Shown piece after piece: positions 1 to 8,599 of a DNA stretch of 64,000 nt. Numbering within the stretch: the first letter of the stretch is position 1; each line of letters starts with the position of its first letter. The DNA comes from Endomicrobiales bacterium (GTDB lineage: Bacteria > Elusimicrobiota > Endomicrobiia > Endomicrobiales > JAFGGC01): contig JAFGGC010000013.1 in the NCBI GenBank assembly GCA_016930715.1, positions 7,796 to 71,795 on the forward strand, given 5' to 3'. A program made the position numbers and the translations under genes. The notes under the pieces are model-generated. The model searched no databases. It was not told the origin of the DNA and saw only the letters and a list, made by a program, of their open reading frames with translations.

Positions 1-1
1 C

Positions 2-529
2 AGCCTCAAAGAAGCCAATAGCGCCTGGGAAAATGAGAAAGATCACTATTTCCTGAGGAACTACACCTTCATTGCGGAGACAATAATGCCCGCCTTCAAG
101 AAGGTCTATTGGCTTGAGCGCAAACCGCTCGGGAATAACCGCAGGTTCAAGATCGACCTGGACAGCACATTCGGCGTGGCAAGAGAGGTCAGCTACGGTT
201 ACGGGTGGACGTTTCCGCAGATGTTTTCGGGAATTTCTGCGAAGGGTGAGCTCTCAAGCTCCGTGTCAATACAGTATCCAACAGAGCTTCTTACACTTCG
301 CATTAATTTCCCTTGTAGATACTGGCTGGAAGACGGCCCAAAAGTCGAGGTCTACGACCAAAACGGACACAGACGCTCTTGTTCAGCCGAATACGAACGC
401 CTAAACCTGATTGAGAATTTTTTCAACCTGCAGTTCGCGCATCGGTTAGGCAGTAACTTCGTGTTGACTGTCGAAAATCCTCCGCAGGGGTATGTATTTA
501 AAACAATTTGGCGCATCGAAAAACCCTAA
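2..529 (+). CDS. hypothetical protein (possibly truncated by the window edge)
   Basis: Reading frame is open from nt 2 through the ATG at 86 to the stop at 527-529. No motif I recognise. Confidence 0.45.
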   Translation, partial: SLKEANSAWENEKDHYFLRNYTFIAETIMPAFKKVYWLERKPLGNNRRFKIDLDSTFGVAREVSYGYGWTFPQMFSGISAKGELSSSVSIQYPTELLTLRINFPCRYWLEDGPKVEVYDQNGHRRSCSAEYERLNLIENFFNLQFAHRLGSNFVLTVENPPQGYVFKTIWRIEKP

Positions 530-573
530 ACGGGATTGCCGTAACAATTTACGCGAAAGGGAGGTGGTGAAAT

Positions 574-948
574 ATGATCATCAAACAGATAACCGTGTTG
601 AAAGCGGTCTCGAATCTGAAAGGCGAGCCTTTCAATGTTATGCTGACGGCCGATGTAAAGGAAGAAGAGAGCATAGCGATAGGCATCCTGAAGCTGAGCC
701 AGATGATAGATTCAAAGATCGCATGCCTGAACGCTGAGCATGTCGATTCGAGGGCCGTGAAGCGCGACGCTCAGCCTTCCAAAGAGCAATGGTTCAGGTT
801 AAGGCAGCTCATCGTCCGCAAAAAGGGCATGAAGGACGACGACGAGATGCTTGAGTATGTCAAGGTCCGTATAGGGACCGATAACCTGGACTGGGTAAGC
901 TCGGAAGAGGTCGAAAACCTCATAAACGAGATGGAAAAGGAGTGTTGA
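574..948 (+). CDS. hypothetical protein, acidic C-terminus
   Basis: 124-aa ORF with a GGGAGG Shine-Dalgarno about 9 nt upstream of the ATG. No recognisable family. Confidence 0.55.
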   Translation: MIIKQITVLKAVSNLKGEPFNVMLTADVKEEESIAIGILKLSQMIDSKIACLNAEHVDSRAVKRDAQPSKEQWFRLRQLIVRKKGMKDDDEMLEYVKVRIGTDNLDWVSSEEVENLINEMEKEC

Positions 949-975
949 GACAATAGGTCGTTGCTAGTGAATTCG

Positions 976-1013
976 GGCCCGGGCTCTTACAAAGAGTCCG
1001 GGCCTTTTCTTTT
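976..1013 (+). terminator. intrinsic terminator candidate
   Basis: Arms ggcccgggctctt / aagagtccgggcc (11 of 13 positions pair), 3-nt loop, followed by ttttctttt. Confidence 0.55.
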
Positions 1014-1023
1014 GGAGGTTAAA

Positions 1024-1497
1024 ATGAAAAACTGCTACAAGAAATACTTTGTCAGGGTTCAGCTTGTCCGGGAATCAAGGGCGAAGATCGAACGGATCAT
1101 GAATATAAAAGATGCCGTGCTCATAGTTGGAAAATACCTGAAGAAGTGCGATAGGGAACATCTGGTTGTAGCGCACCTGGACGCTAAAAACAACCTTGTC
1201 GGTATCGAAGAGGTAGCGATTGGCGGTTCAACTGAGTGTCCCGCCTATCCCAACGAGATATTCAAAGGTGCTTTGCTTTCAAATGCCTGCAGTATTATCG
1301 TATTCCACAACCATACCACAGGTGATGTTTACCCTTCGCTAAATGATGAGGCGGCTACTAAAAAGTTAAAAGCAGCTGGCGACATACTGGGCATAGAAGT
1401 CACGGACCATATCATAGTTGGAACCAATGGCACTTTTTACTCATTTCAGGAGAGAAGGAGGATAAATGAGGAAGAGGTATCATGGGGATGGTTATAG
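1024..1497 (+). CDS. RadC-like JAB/MPN metalloprotease-domain protein
   Basis: Intact JAMM motif HNHTTGDVYPSLND (HxH-x7-S-xx-D) and a DHIIVG tail typical of RadC. ATG 1024 with a GGAGG SD is preferred over TTG 961. Confidence 0.8.
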   Translation: MKNCYKKYFVRVQLVRESRAKIERIMNIKDAVLIVGKYLKKCDREHLVVAHLDAKNNLVGIEEVAIGGSTECPAYPNEIFKGALLSNACSIIVFHNHTTGDVYPSLNDEAATKKLKAAGDILGIEVTDHIIVGTNGTFYSFQERRRINEEEVSWGWL

Positions 1498-1639
1498 TGC
1501 CAGAATTGGGCCCTCCAGCCTGAAAACTGGAGGGCCTGTTACAGGGGGCCTGTTCCGGCTTGAAAAACCACTTAAAAAGAGATAGAATGCGATTATCATG
1601 AATCGAATTACTTCTTGGGGGTCTTTTTATTTATAAATG

Positions 1640-1676
1640 AACCACATCGTATAAAATAATCGATGTGGTTTTTTTG
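1640..1676 (+). terminator. rho-independent terminator
   Basis: Perfect 10-bp stem aaccacatcg / cgatgtggtt, 11-nt loop, then a T-run. Confidence 0.7.
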
Positions 1677-1729
1677 ATTACTATGGTTAACAATGTTGAT
1701 GCTCCACCTTGGTAGATATAGTGCAGAAA

Positions 1730-1759
1730 TTGAATTATAACGAACATTCCTGCTATATT
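1730..1759 (+). promoter_or_regulatory. candidate sigma70-type promoter of the methylase operon
   Basis: ttgaat-N18-tatatt. A 6-bp palindrome attcct..aggaat overlaps the -10. AAGGAG SD and ATG 1792 follow. Confidence 0.3.
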
Positions 1760-1791
1760 TAGGAATCATTTAAGGAGTATAAAATATTCTT

Positions 1792-2910
1792 ATGGCAACT
1801 AAAACATCAAATAAGAACCTGCGCAAAGCAAACCAGGCAAAAAAAGATGAATTTTATACCCAGCTCGTTGATATTGAAAAGGAATTAAAGCACTACAAAA
1901 AACAATTTCGCGGTAAGGTTGTTTACTGTAATTGTGATGATCCCTTTGAGAGCAATTATTTTAAATATTTTGCAACTAACTTTAACACACTCAAGCTTAA
2001 AAAGCTTATTGCTACAAGCTATGTTAAATCGCCGATTGTCGGCGAACAGTTGTCGCTATTTGATGTTGAAGGGCTGAAACCATCGGGCAAAGAACCATTT
2101 AAAATTGAAATCAAAGAAGTGCTGGATCTCAACAAGGATGGTGCTATAAATCTTGATGATGTGGAGTATTTACTAAGGCATGATGAAAACACCTCAAAAC
2201 CTCTACAAGGCAATGGTGATTTTCGTAGCGCCGAATGCATCGACCTACTAAAGCAAGCAGATATAATCGTAACAAATCCACCTTTTTCTCTGTTTCGTGA
2301 ATATGTTGCACAGCTTATGGAATATGATAAAAAGTTTTTAATCATAGGAAATGTAAATGCAATTACCTATAAGGAGTGTTTTAAGTATATAAAAGAAAAT
2401 AAAATGTGGTTTGGAATAAGCATTCATAGTGGTGATCGCGAGTTTCGTGTGCCTGATGATTATCCTTTAGAGGCTGCTGGTTGTAGAATTGACGCTGATG
2501 GAAATAAGTATATTCGCGTGAAAGGAGTGCGTTGGTTCACGAATTTAGATTATGAAGCGCGACATGAAATATTTGTGCTTTATAAGAAATACAAATCCAA
2601 TGAATATCCTAAATATGAGAATTACGACGCAATAGAAATTTCAAAAACGGTTGATATCCCTATGGACTATGATGGTGTGATGGGCGTGCCAATAACTTTT
2701 CTAGATAAATATAATCCAGAGCAGTTTGAGATTGTTGGCATGGCTAAAAGGGGGGCTGGAGACCCTGCCCTAAAAACAAAAGTATATACGATTAAGGATG
2801 CAAAAAATTATAGCGATTTGAATGCTGGGCCAGTCTTAAAAACCTCGTCTGGTCTTAGAAACACCTATCCACGCCTTCTTATTCGTAAAAGGAATAAATA
2901 TGAAAATTGA
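1792..2910 (+). CDS. N6-adenine DNA methyltransferase, M.EcoRI-like family
   Basis: N-terminal KKDEFYTQ..DIEKEL..Y, VVYCNCDDP, catalytic DIIVTNPPFSLFREY, and KKFLIIGNVN. Collinear with what I remember of the EcoRI-methylase family. Confidence 0.85.
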   Translation: MATKTSNKNLRKANQAKKDEFYTQLVDIEKELKHYKKQFRGKVVYCNCDDPFESNYFKYFATNFNTLKLKKLIATSYVKSPIVGEQLSLFDVEGLKPSGKEPFKIEIKEVLDLNKDGAINLDDVEYLLRHDENTSKPLQGNGDFRSAECIDLLKQADIIVTNPPFSLFREYVAQLMEYDKKFLIIGNVNAITYKECFKYIKENKMWFGISIHSGDREFRVPDDYPLEAAGCRIDADGNKYIRVKGVRWFTNLDYEARHEIFVLYKKYKSNEYPKYENYDAIEISKTVDIPMDYDGVMGVPITFLDKYNPEQFEIVGMAKRGAGDPALKTKVYTIKDAKNYSDLNAGPVLKTSSGLRNTYPRLLIRKRNKYEN

Positions 2911-4006
2911 ATTACACAAAATATCAATTAGCAAGGTAATCGCCGACTATAAAGACAGCGCCGAAGAAGGGGTTGTGGCTTATGGGGGCAAATTGGATAT
3001 TCGTCCGAAATATCAGCGAGAATTTGTATATAAGGAAAAGCAACGCAATGCCGTAATAGAAACTATTAAAAATAACTTTCCGCTAAATGTAATGTATTGG
3101 ATGGTCAGAGAAGATAGCGGCTATGAAATGCTGGACGGCCAACAGCGTACTATTAGTATTGGGCAATATGTTAATGGTGATTTTTCATTAAATAACCGCT
3201 TTTTTCATAATCTAACCAAAGAAGAACAGAACAAAATATTGGATTACGAGCTAATGATATATTTCTGTGAGGGTTCAGACAAAGAACGATTAGACTGGTT
3301 CAGGATTATTAATATCGCAGGTGAAAAATTGACTGACCAAGAGATACGAAACGCAGTTTATACTGGGCCATGGCTTTCTGACGCAAAACTGAAGTTCAGC
3401 AAATCAAATTGCGCGGCATATCTTTTAGCAAATGACGGCGGGCAGTTAGTGAGTGGGTCGCCTATAAGGCAGGAATATTTAGAAACAGCGCTTTCGTGGA
3501 TTAACAATGGCAATATAGAAGATTATATGGCCAAACATCAGCATGACAACAGTGCGGATAAGCTTTGGAGCTATTTCCAAAATGTAATTGAGTGGACGCG
3601 GAAGGTATTTGCACAGTATCGTAGAGAAATGAGCAATGTGCCATGGGGTGTATTGTATAACCAATTCAAAGATATTAAACATGATTCAAATAAACTGGAA
3701 AAAGAAATATCCAAGTTGATGCAAGATGAAGATGTGACTAAAAAGTCTGGTATTTATGAGTATGTTCTAACACGAAATGAAAAGTTCTTGAATGTCCGTG
3801 CTTTTACCGATAAGATGAAACGAGAAGCATATGAAAGACAAAAAGGCATTTGTCCTTTCTGCAAAGGCGGGAATAGGAAAAGGAAATGGGAAATCGAAGA
3901 AATGGAAGCCGATCATATAAAACCTTGGCATGAAGGTGGAAAAACGACAGCAGAAAATTGCCAAATGTTATGCAAACAATGCAATCGGACTAAATCGGGG
4001 ATATAA
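2900..4006 (+). CDS. DUF262 (ParB/GmrSD-N-like) domain fused to a C-terminal HNH endonuclease
   Basis: LDGQQR motif in the N-terminal half. C-terminal CPFC...ADHIKPWHEGGKTTAENCQMLCKQCNRTKSG. The ATG lies 11 nt inside the end of the methylase gene. Confidence 0.85.
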   Translation: MKIELHKISISKVIADYKDSAEEGVVAYGGKLDIRPKYQREFVYKEKQRNAVIETIKNNFPLNVMYWMVREDSGYEMLDGQQRTISIGQYVNGDFSLNNRFFHNLTKEEQNKILDYELMIYFCEGSDKERLDWFRIINIAGEKLTDQEIRNAVYTGPWLSDAKLKFSKSNCAAYLLANDGGQLVSGSPIRQEYLETALSWINNGNIEDYMAKHQHDNSADKLWSYFQNVIEWTRKVFAQYRREMSNVPWGVLYNQFKDIKHDSNKLEKEISKLMQDEDVTKKSGIYEYVLTRNEKFLNVRAFTDKMKREAYERQKGICPFCKGGNRKRKWEIEEMEADHIKPWHEGGKTTAENCQMLCKQCNRTKSGI

Positions 4007-4145
4007 GGTAACACTATTCTTCACCTTTCATATAAAAAGGTGAAACATGAGCACGCATCCTGTTTCGCCATGGACGTAAGGACATTTTGGATTATGGAAG
4101 TATATCTGCTATTGCAATATATAGCGAACATTACAGGGAGGCTTT

Positions 4146-5174
4146 ATGAGCACAAAGGCTGAACGTACAAAAAAACTCGAAGACCTAAAAAAACTGTTTG
4201 ATGAGTTGATTACTGTAAACCCTGAGTCACTTTCGCGCCGGGCTGATTTAACAGCTGAAATAAATTTTTCAGACGCGGTGCCGAATTTAGCAATAATGAT
4301 TGGGGTGGTAAAAGATTTAAGCGAGAGGGATTTGTCTCGTCTTAATCAGGGCTACATAAATGCTGTTATAAATTCCTGTAAAACATTAAAAGGCTTTATA
4401 GATCAAATACGTACGTTTAACATAGATTCAGCCACGCCTGGAGCTACTTGTAAAGCCATTATTCAAGGCATAGATAACGGTTATGATACATTTATGACTG
4501 AGTCATTAATGGCTACGCTTTCTTTCACTTCAACAGAATCGACTGATTATACTAGTATAGAAAGAGAAGCAAAGGGTCTTTTTGCAACAATGAAGCAAGA
4601 GAGTGATAAATATAAAGAAGAATTAAAGAAAAGTCGTGAGGAAGCGAAAAACGCCCTGGAAGCGATCAAAGAACTGGCCGCTGAAGGGGGTGTTTCTGCA
4701 AACGCTCAGATATACGAAAGTGCTGCTTCTAATTATTCCAATTATGCGGCTAAATGGTTTCAGGCTACTATTATGGTAAGTGTTTTTGCTTTAATTACTG
4801 CCGGAGTGTTTTTTTGGCTCGTGTTTTCATATACACCTGAGACGACAGCGAAAGCGATTCAGTATGTTTTTGGTAAATTAATTATATTGTCTATTATAAC
4901 ATACGTTGTTTATTGGTGTGCAAGTAATTATAAATCTAACAAGCACAACCAGGTTTTAAACGAACACAGGGCAAATGCGTTAAAAACATACAGGGCATTT
5001 GTTGAAGGCTCTGTTGACCCCAGAATAAAAGACGCCATTCTTTTACACGCCGCTAATGCTGCATTTTCTTGTCATGGTACGGGATACGAAAAGAACGATA
5101 GCGAACAACAATCAATGAATCCAGTAGTGGAAATATTGGGAAAAAGTATACCGTCACAAATATCAGGTAAATAA
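4146..5174 (+). CDS. coiled-coil protein with two C-proximal transmembrane helices
   Basis: Charged heptad-like stretch KQESDKYKEELKKSREEAKNALEAIKEL. Followed by hydrophobic segments ATIMVSVFALITAGVFFWLVF and LIILSIITYVVYW. Family unknown. Confidence 0.6.
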   Translation: MSTKAERTKKLEDLKKLFDELITVNPESLSRRADLTAEINFSDAVPNLAIMIGVVKDLSERDLSRLNQGYINAVINSCKTLKGFIDQIRTFNIDSATPGATCKAIIQGIDNGYDTFMTESLMATLSFTSTESTDYTSIEREAKGLFATMKQESDKYKEELKKSREEAKNALEAIKELAAEGGVSANAQIYESAASNYSNYAAKWFQATIMVSVFALITAGVFFWLVFSYTPETTAKAIQYVFGKLIILSIITYVVYWCASNYKSNKHNQVLNEHRANALKTYRAFVEGSVDPRIKDAILLHAANAAFSCHGTGYEKNDSEQQSMNPVVEILGKSIPSQISGK

Positions 5175-5274
5175 ACGTAGGCATACCTTTGGTTTTTCAG
5201 GGTTAAGTGCCAGGGAAGGGGCGGGATACGTCTCCAAAGTCACAACGTAATAAGTTTGCAAAGTCAGGTATTTT

Positions 5275-5892
5275 ATGAGTAAACAATATCTCAGTAATTT
5301 AATTTGTAAAATATTGTCCTGTTTTGAAAAAGAAAAAGAGGATGATAATTATGATATAAAAAACAATGCTTTCTATTCTGCCTTATATAATGCCTGGTTT
5401 GAAAACAGAATGGAGAGAGATAAGAGCTTGCTTGTTTTGTCTTCGGGTGGCATAGGACTTGTGGTGGCATTAACAAGCTTTGATGGGAATACACTTGTAT
5501 TTATATTTTCAATTTTATCATTACTATCATTTTTAACAACAATATGGAATTGCTTGTCAGTTTTCAAATGCAATACGGATTATTTAGAAAAAGTGATTAA
5601 TGATGATGAAAATAGCAGTGTACTTGAAAATAAACTTAGGCATAAAGATGCAGTTATTAAGTATTCATTTATGTTCGGAATTATATTCGCCATTTTATTG
5701 AAATATTCCCCACTCTTGGTCAACAATCAAAAATCAACAACGTTAAATGAAAAGGAAGTGATTATGATGTCAGATGATAAAAAGAAGGAATCCCCAAGAC
5801 AAATAAAAGAAAGTCTTGAAGGCGTCAAAAAGATTATGCCGCAGGAAAAACCTGTAAAGCAAGAAAATGCCAAGACTGAAAATGGTAAATAG
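5275..5892 (+). CDS. multi-pass membrane protein with a Lys/Glu-rich tail
   Basis: Hydrophobic segments LLVLSSGGIGLVVALTSF, LVFIFSILSLLSFLTTIW and FMFGIIFAILL. The tail carries IKESLEGVKKIMP. Confidence 0.55.
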   Translation: MSKQYLSNLICKILSCFEKEKEDDNYDIKNNAFYSALYNAWFENRMERDKSLLVLSSGGIGLVVALTSFDGNTLVFIFSILSLLSFLTTIWNCLSVFKCNTDYLEKVINDDENSSVLENKLRHKDAVIKYSFMFGIIFAILLKYSPLLVNNQKSTTLNEKEVIMMSDDKKKESPRQIKESLEGVKKIMPQEKPVKQENAKTENGK

Positions 5893-5902
5893 GAGAAATG
5901 CT

Positions 5903-6049
5903 ATGGCAAACGATGAAAAGAGAAATACCCCTATAACAAAAAAGAACAGTTTAGGGGAAGTCTATGCGATTAAACCAATAAGGAAGTCTTTAGAAGGGAT
6001 TAATCGCATAAAACCAACATCAAATCAATCAAAAACTAAAAGCAAATAG
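5903..6049 (+). CDS. small basic protein (48 aa) sharing a K-x-SLEG-x3-I-x-P motif with the upstream tail
   Basis: AGGAG SD 7 nt upstream of ATG 5903. Contains IRKSLEGINRIKP and KNSLGEVYAIKP. Confidence 0.35.
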   Translation: MANDEKRNTPITKKNSLGEVYAIKPIRKSLEGINRIKPTSNQSKTKSK

Positions 6050-6102
6050 TTAAATGGTATCACAGGAGATAATCAGGGGCAAAATATTTAAAACGAAGAT
6101 TT

Positions 6103-6594
6103 ATGAGTAACTCCAATTATTTTATTCCCATTGATTCAAAACTTGAGCAAATATTCTATGCAGTCTATAAGCGCAAGTGTGCATACTGTAAACAAGATAT
6201 TGCGTTAAATGACGCAAGAATTGCTCACATAATTCCTGTCGGCAAAAATACCCTACATAATTACATACTTTCCTGCAGTCAGTGCAACCCAGAGCATATT
6301 TACAATTCCTTTATGGGCCGGTTACATCGCCTATTCCTACTACTAACCGCTAAAATAAAAGCAAATAGGATTTATCGAATCTATAACGATAAGGCATTTG
6401 AATATAATCTTGGGCTTTCTGAAGAGTTATTAAGAGAGATTGGGGTTGATAAAAAGGAATTCATATCTATAGCTAAGAAACTTGATATAAAGCCGATATA
6501 CAGCCAAGAAGCGAGAGAATACCAGTATTCAAGAGGCCAAAAGAAGATGATAAAACGGCATCACAATTTCAAAAATATAAAAATTACATTATAG
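6103..6594 (+). CDS. HNH-like endonuclease-domain protein
   Basis: CAYC-x12-AHIIP-x7-HN-x4-CSQCN, i.e. two CxxC pairs bracketing His and Asn. No clear SD. Confidence 0.5.
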   Translation: MSNSNYFIPIDSKLEQIFYAVYKRKCAYCKQDIALNDARIAHIIPVGKNTLHNYILSCSQCNPEHIYNSFMGRLHRLFLLLTAKIKANRIYRIYNDKAFEYNLGLSEELLREIGVDKKEFISIAKKLDIKPIYSQEAREYQYSRGQKKMIKRHHNFKNIKITL

Positions 6595-6604
6595 GGGGCA
6601 TCCC

Positions 6605-6847
6605 ATGGCCAAACCGAAGGATTTTAAGAAGGAAGCAAGGAAGTTGATATCGCAGATAGCGGAGATCCCGGAAAAGGACCTAAAAGATGAGGCAAAATTC
6701 ACTGAAGACCTGGGAGTTGACAGTATGAAGGCCCTTGAGATAGTCGCAGCCATTGAAAAGAAGCTCAAAATCGCGATACCTGAAGATAAAATCCCTACTA
6801 TTCGCACCCCAAAGGATGTTTACGAGATCGTGGCAAAACTCGTATGA
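6605..6847 (+). CDS. acyl carrier protein (stand-alone)
   Basis: FTEDLGVDSMKALEIVAAIEKKLKIAIPED aligns with the ACP phosphopantetheine-Ser motif (E. coli [23 protein letters not shown]). AGGGGG SD. Confidence 0.75.
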   Translation: MAKPKDFKKEARKLISQIAEIPEKDLKDEAKFTEDLGVDSMKALEIVAAIEKKLKIAIPEDKIPTIRTPKDVYEIVAKLV

Positions 6848-6865
6848 AGTAGGAAGGATCCTAGA

Positions 6866-7468
6866 ATGTTTGAATTTCGCTATATGCACGGGGCTGTATA
6901 TATTCTAAAAAACATTCAAGCGCAGCGTGTGAAAGTTGGTATGACCACTAACAATGTTGCTGATAGGCTAAGTGATGTTAATGACAAGTGGCTAGAACAA
7001 AAGGTCACATGCCAGATTTGTGGGGGACGCTTAGTCAATGTGAGGGGGTATGTTCCTAAACATGTTGCAAGTAGTAATTATTGTCTTGGTGGAAACGCGT
7101 TACCTTTAGAGAAAAACGTAGCGCTTGCTGAGACATACCTAGAGAGTTTAAAAAACCGTCTCAGTGAAGTATCCGGTAGCGAAAAAGGATCAATCACGAG
7201 AAAGATAAATACTCTGAAAAAGCGAATAGAATTGTTTCGTAATTATATTCGGCCAGCAGGAGGGTGGCAATTTGGCGCTGCTTATTATACGGATTGTGCA
7301 GAGCAGGTTGAATTGCTTACTCATAAAATCTTGGCAGATCGTCTAGATAAGGATGCGCCATTTGGAGAGGTGTTTTGTTGTTCAGTGTCGGAGGCCATGG
7401 AAGCAGTCGAAAAAGTGCTGAATCAGCTGGGGTTGTTACAATCGGCAAGGAAGGAAGTACGATTGTGA
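6866..7468 (+). CDS. T5orf172 / MUG113 (GIY-YIG-like) domain protein with a Cys-containing insert
   Basis: GAVYILKNIQAQRVKVGMTTNNVADRLSDVN at the N-terminus and FGEVFCCSVSEAMEAV at the C-terminus. Insert CQICGGRL...YCLGG. Confidence 0.7.
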   Translation: MFEFRYMHGAVYILKNIQAQRVKVGMTTNNVADRLSDVNDKWLEQKVTCQICGGRLVNVRGYVPKHVASSNYCLGGNALPLEKNVALAETYLESLKNRLSEVSGSEKGSITRKINTLKKRIELFRNYIRPAGGWQFGAAYYTDCAEQVELLTHKILADRLDKDAPFGEVFCCSVSEAMEAVEKVLNQLGLLQSARKEVRL

Positions 7469-7562
7469 AATCAAAGTATTTATGCGATTGATATTGAGGC
7501 GTTAAAAACGTATAATTTGATCGAGTATTAACTGTGGTATCAACTGAATTCTGGAGGCAAAT

Positions 7563-8333
7563 ATGAGAAGTGTTATTAAAGCCGCATTATTTATATGTGT
7601 TATGTGCGTATATACCGGTAGCCATGCTGCAGAGAAAATCGATGGTAGTACTTGTTATGTGCGCGGAAGAACAAGTGAGTATGTTGTTCTTGTTGATAGC
7701 CCAGGGCAGAAGGTAGAAGCCGGATTCGTAAAAGGCGGGGATAAGGTGACAAAGGTTTCAGAGAGCTCAGGATGGTCCGCACTATTTTTCAAAGGATGGA
7801 TAAAAGCAAAAAATACTACACAGACCGAGAGCAATGACGCGACTTACGTCGTTGTGAGCAAGGAACAGGAATTATTGTCAAAACCAAGCAGCATCTTCAG
7901 TCTTCCCGTAGTTCGTGTGGCTAAAAGTGCAAAGATAAAGATTATCGAAACAAAAGGTGATTGGTTGAACGTAGAGTTCTTGGGTTGGGCGAGAAATGAC
8001 AATATATCTAAAACACCGCCAAAACCAATAGATATGATCAAATGGACATGGGGGAGATCAGGGAATTCTATACAAATAGAAGGTATCGTAAGAAATAATA
8101 CAGAGCAAACACATCGACTAATGACGCTGACTATTAGCGCTAAGGATGAAAACGGAAATTCATTGGGTTCTGGGAGCGGGAAAATTGGCCGACAATACTT
8201 CAAGCCTGGGGAACAGGCAAGTTTTGTCGTGTTCATTGATGGGGCAGTGCCAGAAACAGACTCCATAAGCATAGATTACACTTGGGAAAGCGTCGAAACG
8301 GATATGGAATCTGACAAAAGAAGCAATAATTAG
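7563..8333 (+). CDS. secreted protein with SH3b-like repeats and an FxLYD/DUF3426-like C-terminal domain
   Basis: Signal peptide MRSVIKAALFICVMCVYTGSHAA. Two G(D)W..(L/V).F.GW..(K/N) motifs. C-terminal IEGIVRNNTEQ...KPGEQASFVVFIDG. Confidence 0.6.
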   Translation: MRSVIKAALFICVMCVYTGSHAAEKIDGSTCYVRGRTSEYVVLVDSPGQKVEAGFVKGGDKVTKVSESSGWSALFFKGWIKAKNTTQTESNDATYVVVSKEQELLSKPSSIFSLPVVRVAKSAKIKIIETKGDWLNVEFLGWARNDNISKTPPKPIDMIKWTWGRSGNSIQIEGIVRNNTEQTHRLMTLTISAKDENGNSLGSGSGKIGRQYFKPGEQASFVVFIDGAVPETDSISIDYTWESVETDMESDKRSNN

Positions 8334-8439
8334 TATGATGTTGACATGAACAAAATAATCTGCGATTATGTAGCTATCCAGATGGTAAAAAAGGAGCCAA
8401 AATACCGAATCAACTGTAAAAATGTAGCATTATAATAGA

Positions 8440-8599
8440 CAATCTTCGTAAGCCTTGAGAGAGTCAGGGCAGCGCTTCTTTGTGTAATCAGAGAGGCAAA
8501 CGCTAGTACGATGGGATGTCGTGTGTACGCATTTTGCGGAGCACGGTCGTCTCGGGTTACTAGCGTTGCTCGGGATTGATTCGTTGCTCCGCCTTTTTT
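8440..8599 (+). other. GC-rich structured leader or sRNA candidate upstream of the ankyrin gene
   Basis: About 52 percent GC patch (31 of 60 at 8461-8520) inside AT-rich DNA. An 8-bp stem gcggagca (8536-8543) / tgctccgc (8585-8592) is followed by T6 (8594-8599). Confidence 0.3.

Noticed and set aside
5867-6049. Frameshifted C-terminal continuation of the 5275-5892 membrane protein (pseudogene or programmed frameshift), considered because of the shared SLEG motif.
   Set aside because: The downstream ORF has its own well-spaced AGGAG SD and ATG at 5903, and I see no slippery heptamer. I treat it as a separate mini-gene, though this remains unproven.
8440-8599. c-di-GMP (GEMM-I) riboswitch, considered because of aggcaaacgc and the nearby MshEN gene.
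   Set aside because: The second conserved half (the GACGCAAAGC-type segment and paired tetraloop-receptor hairpins) is not present. The resemblance is limited to one short word.
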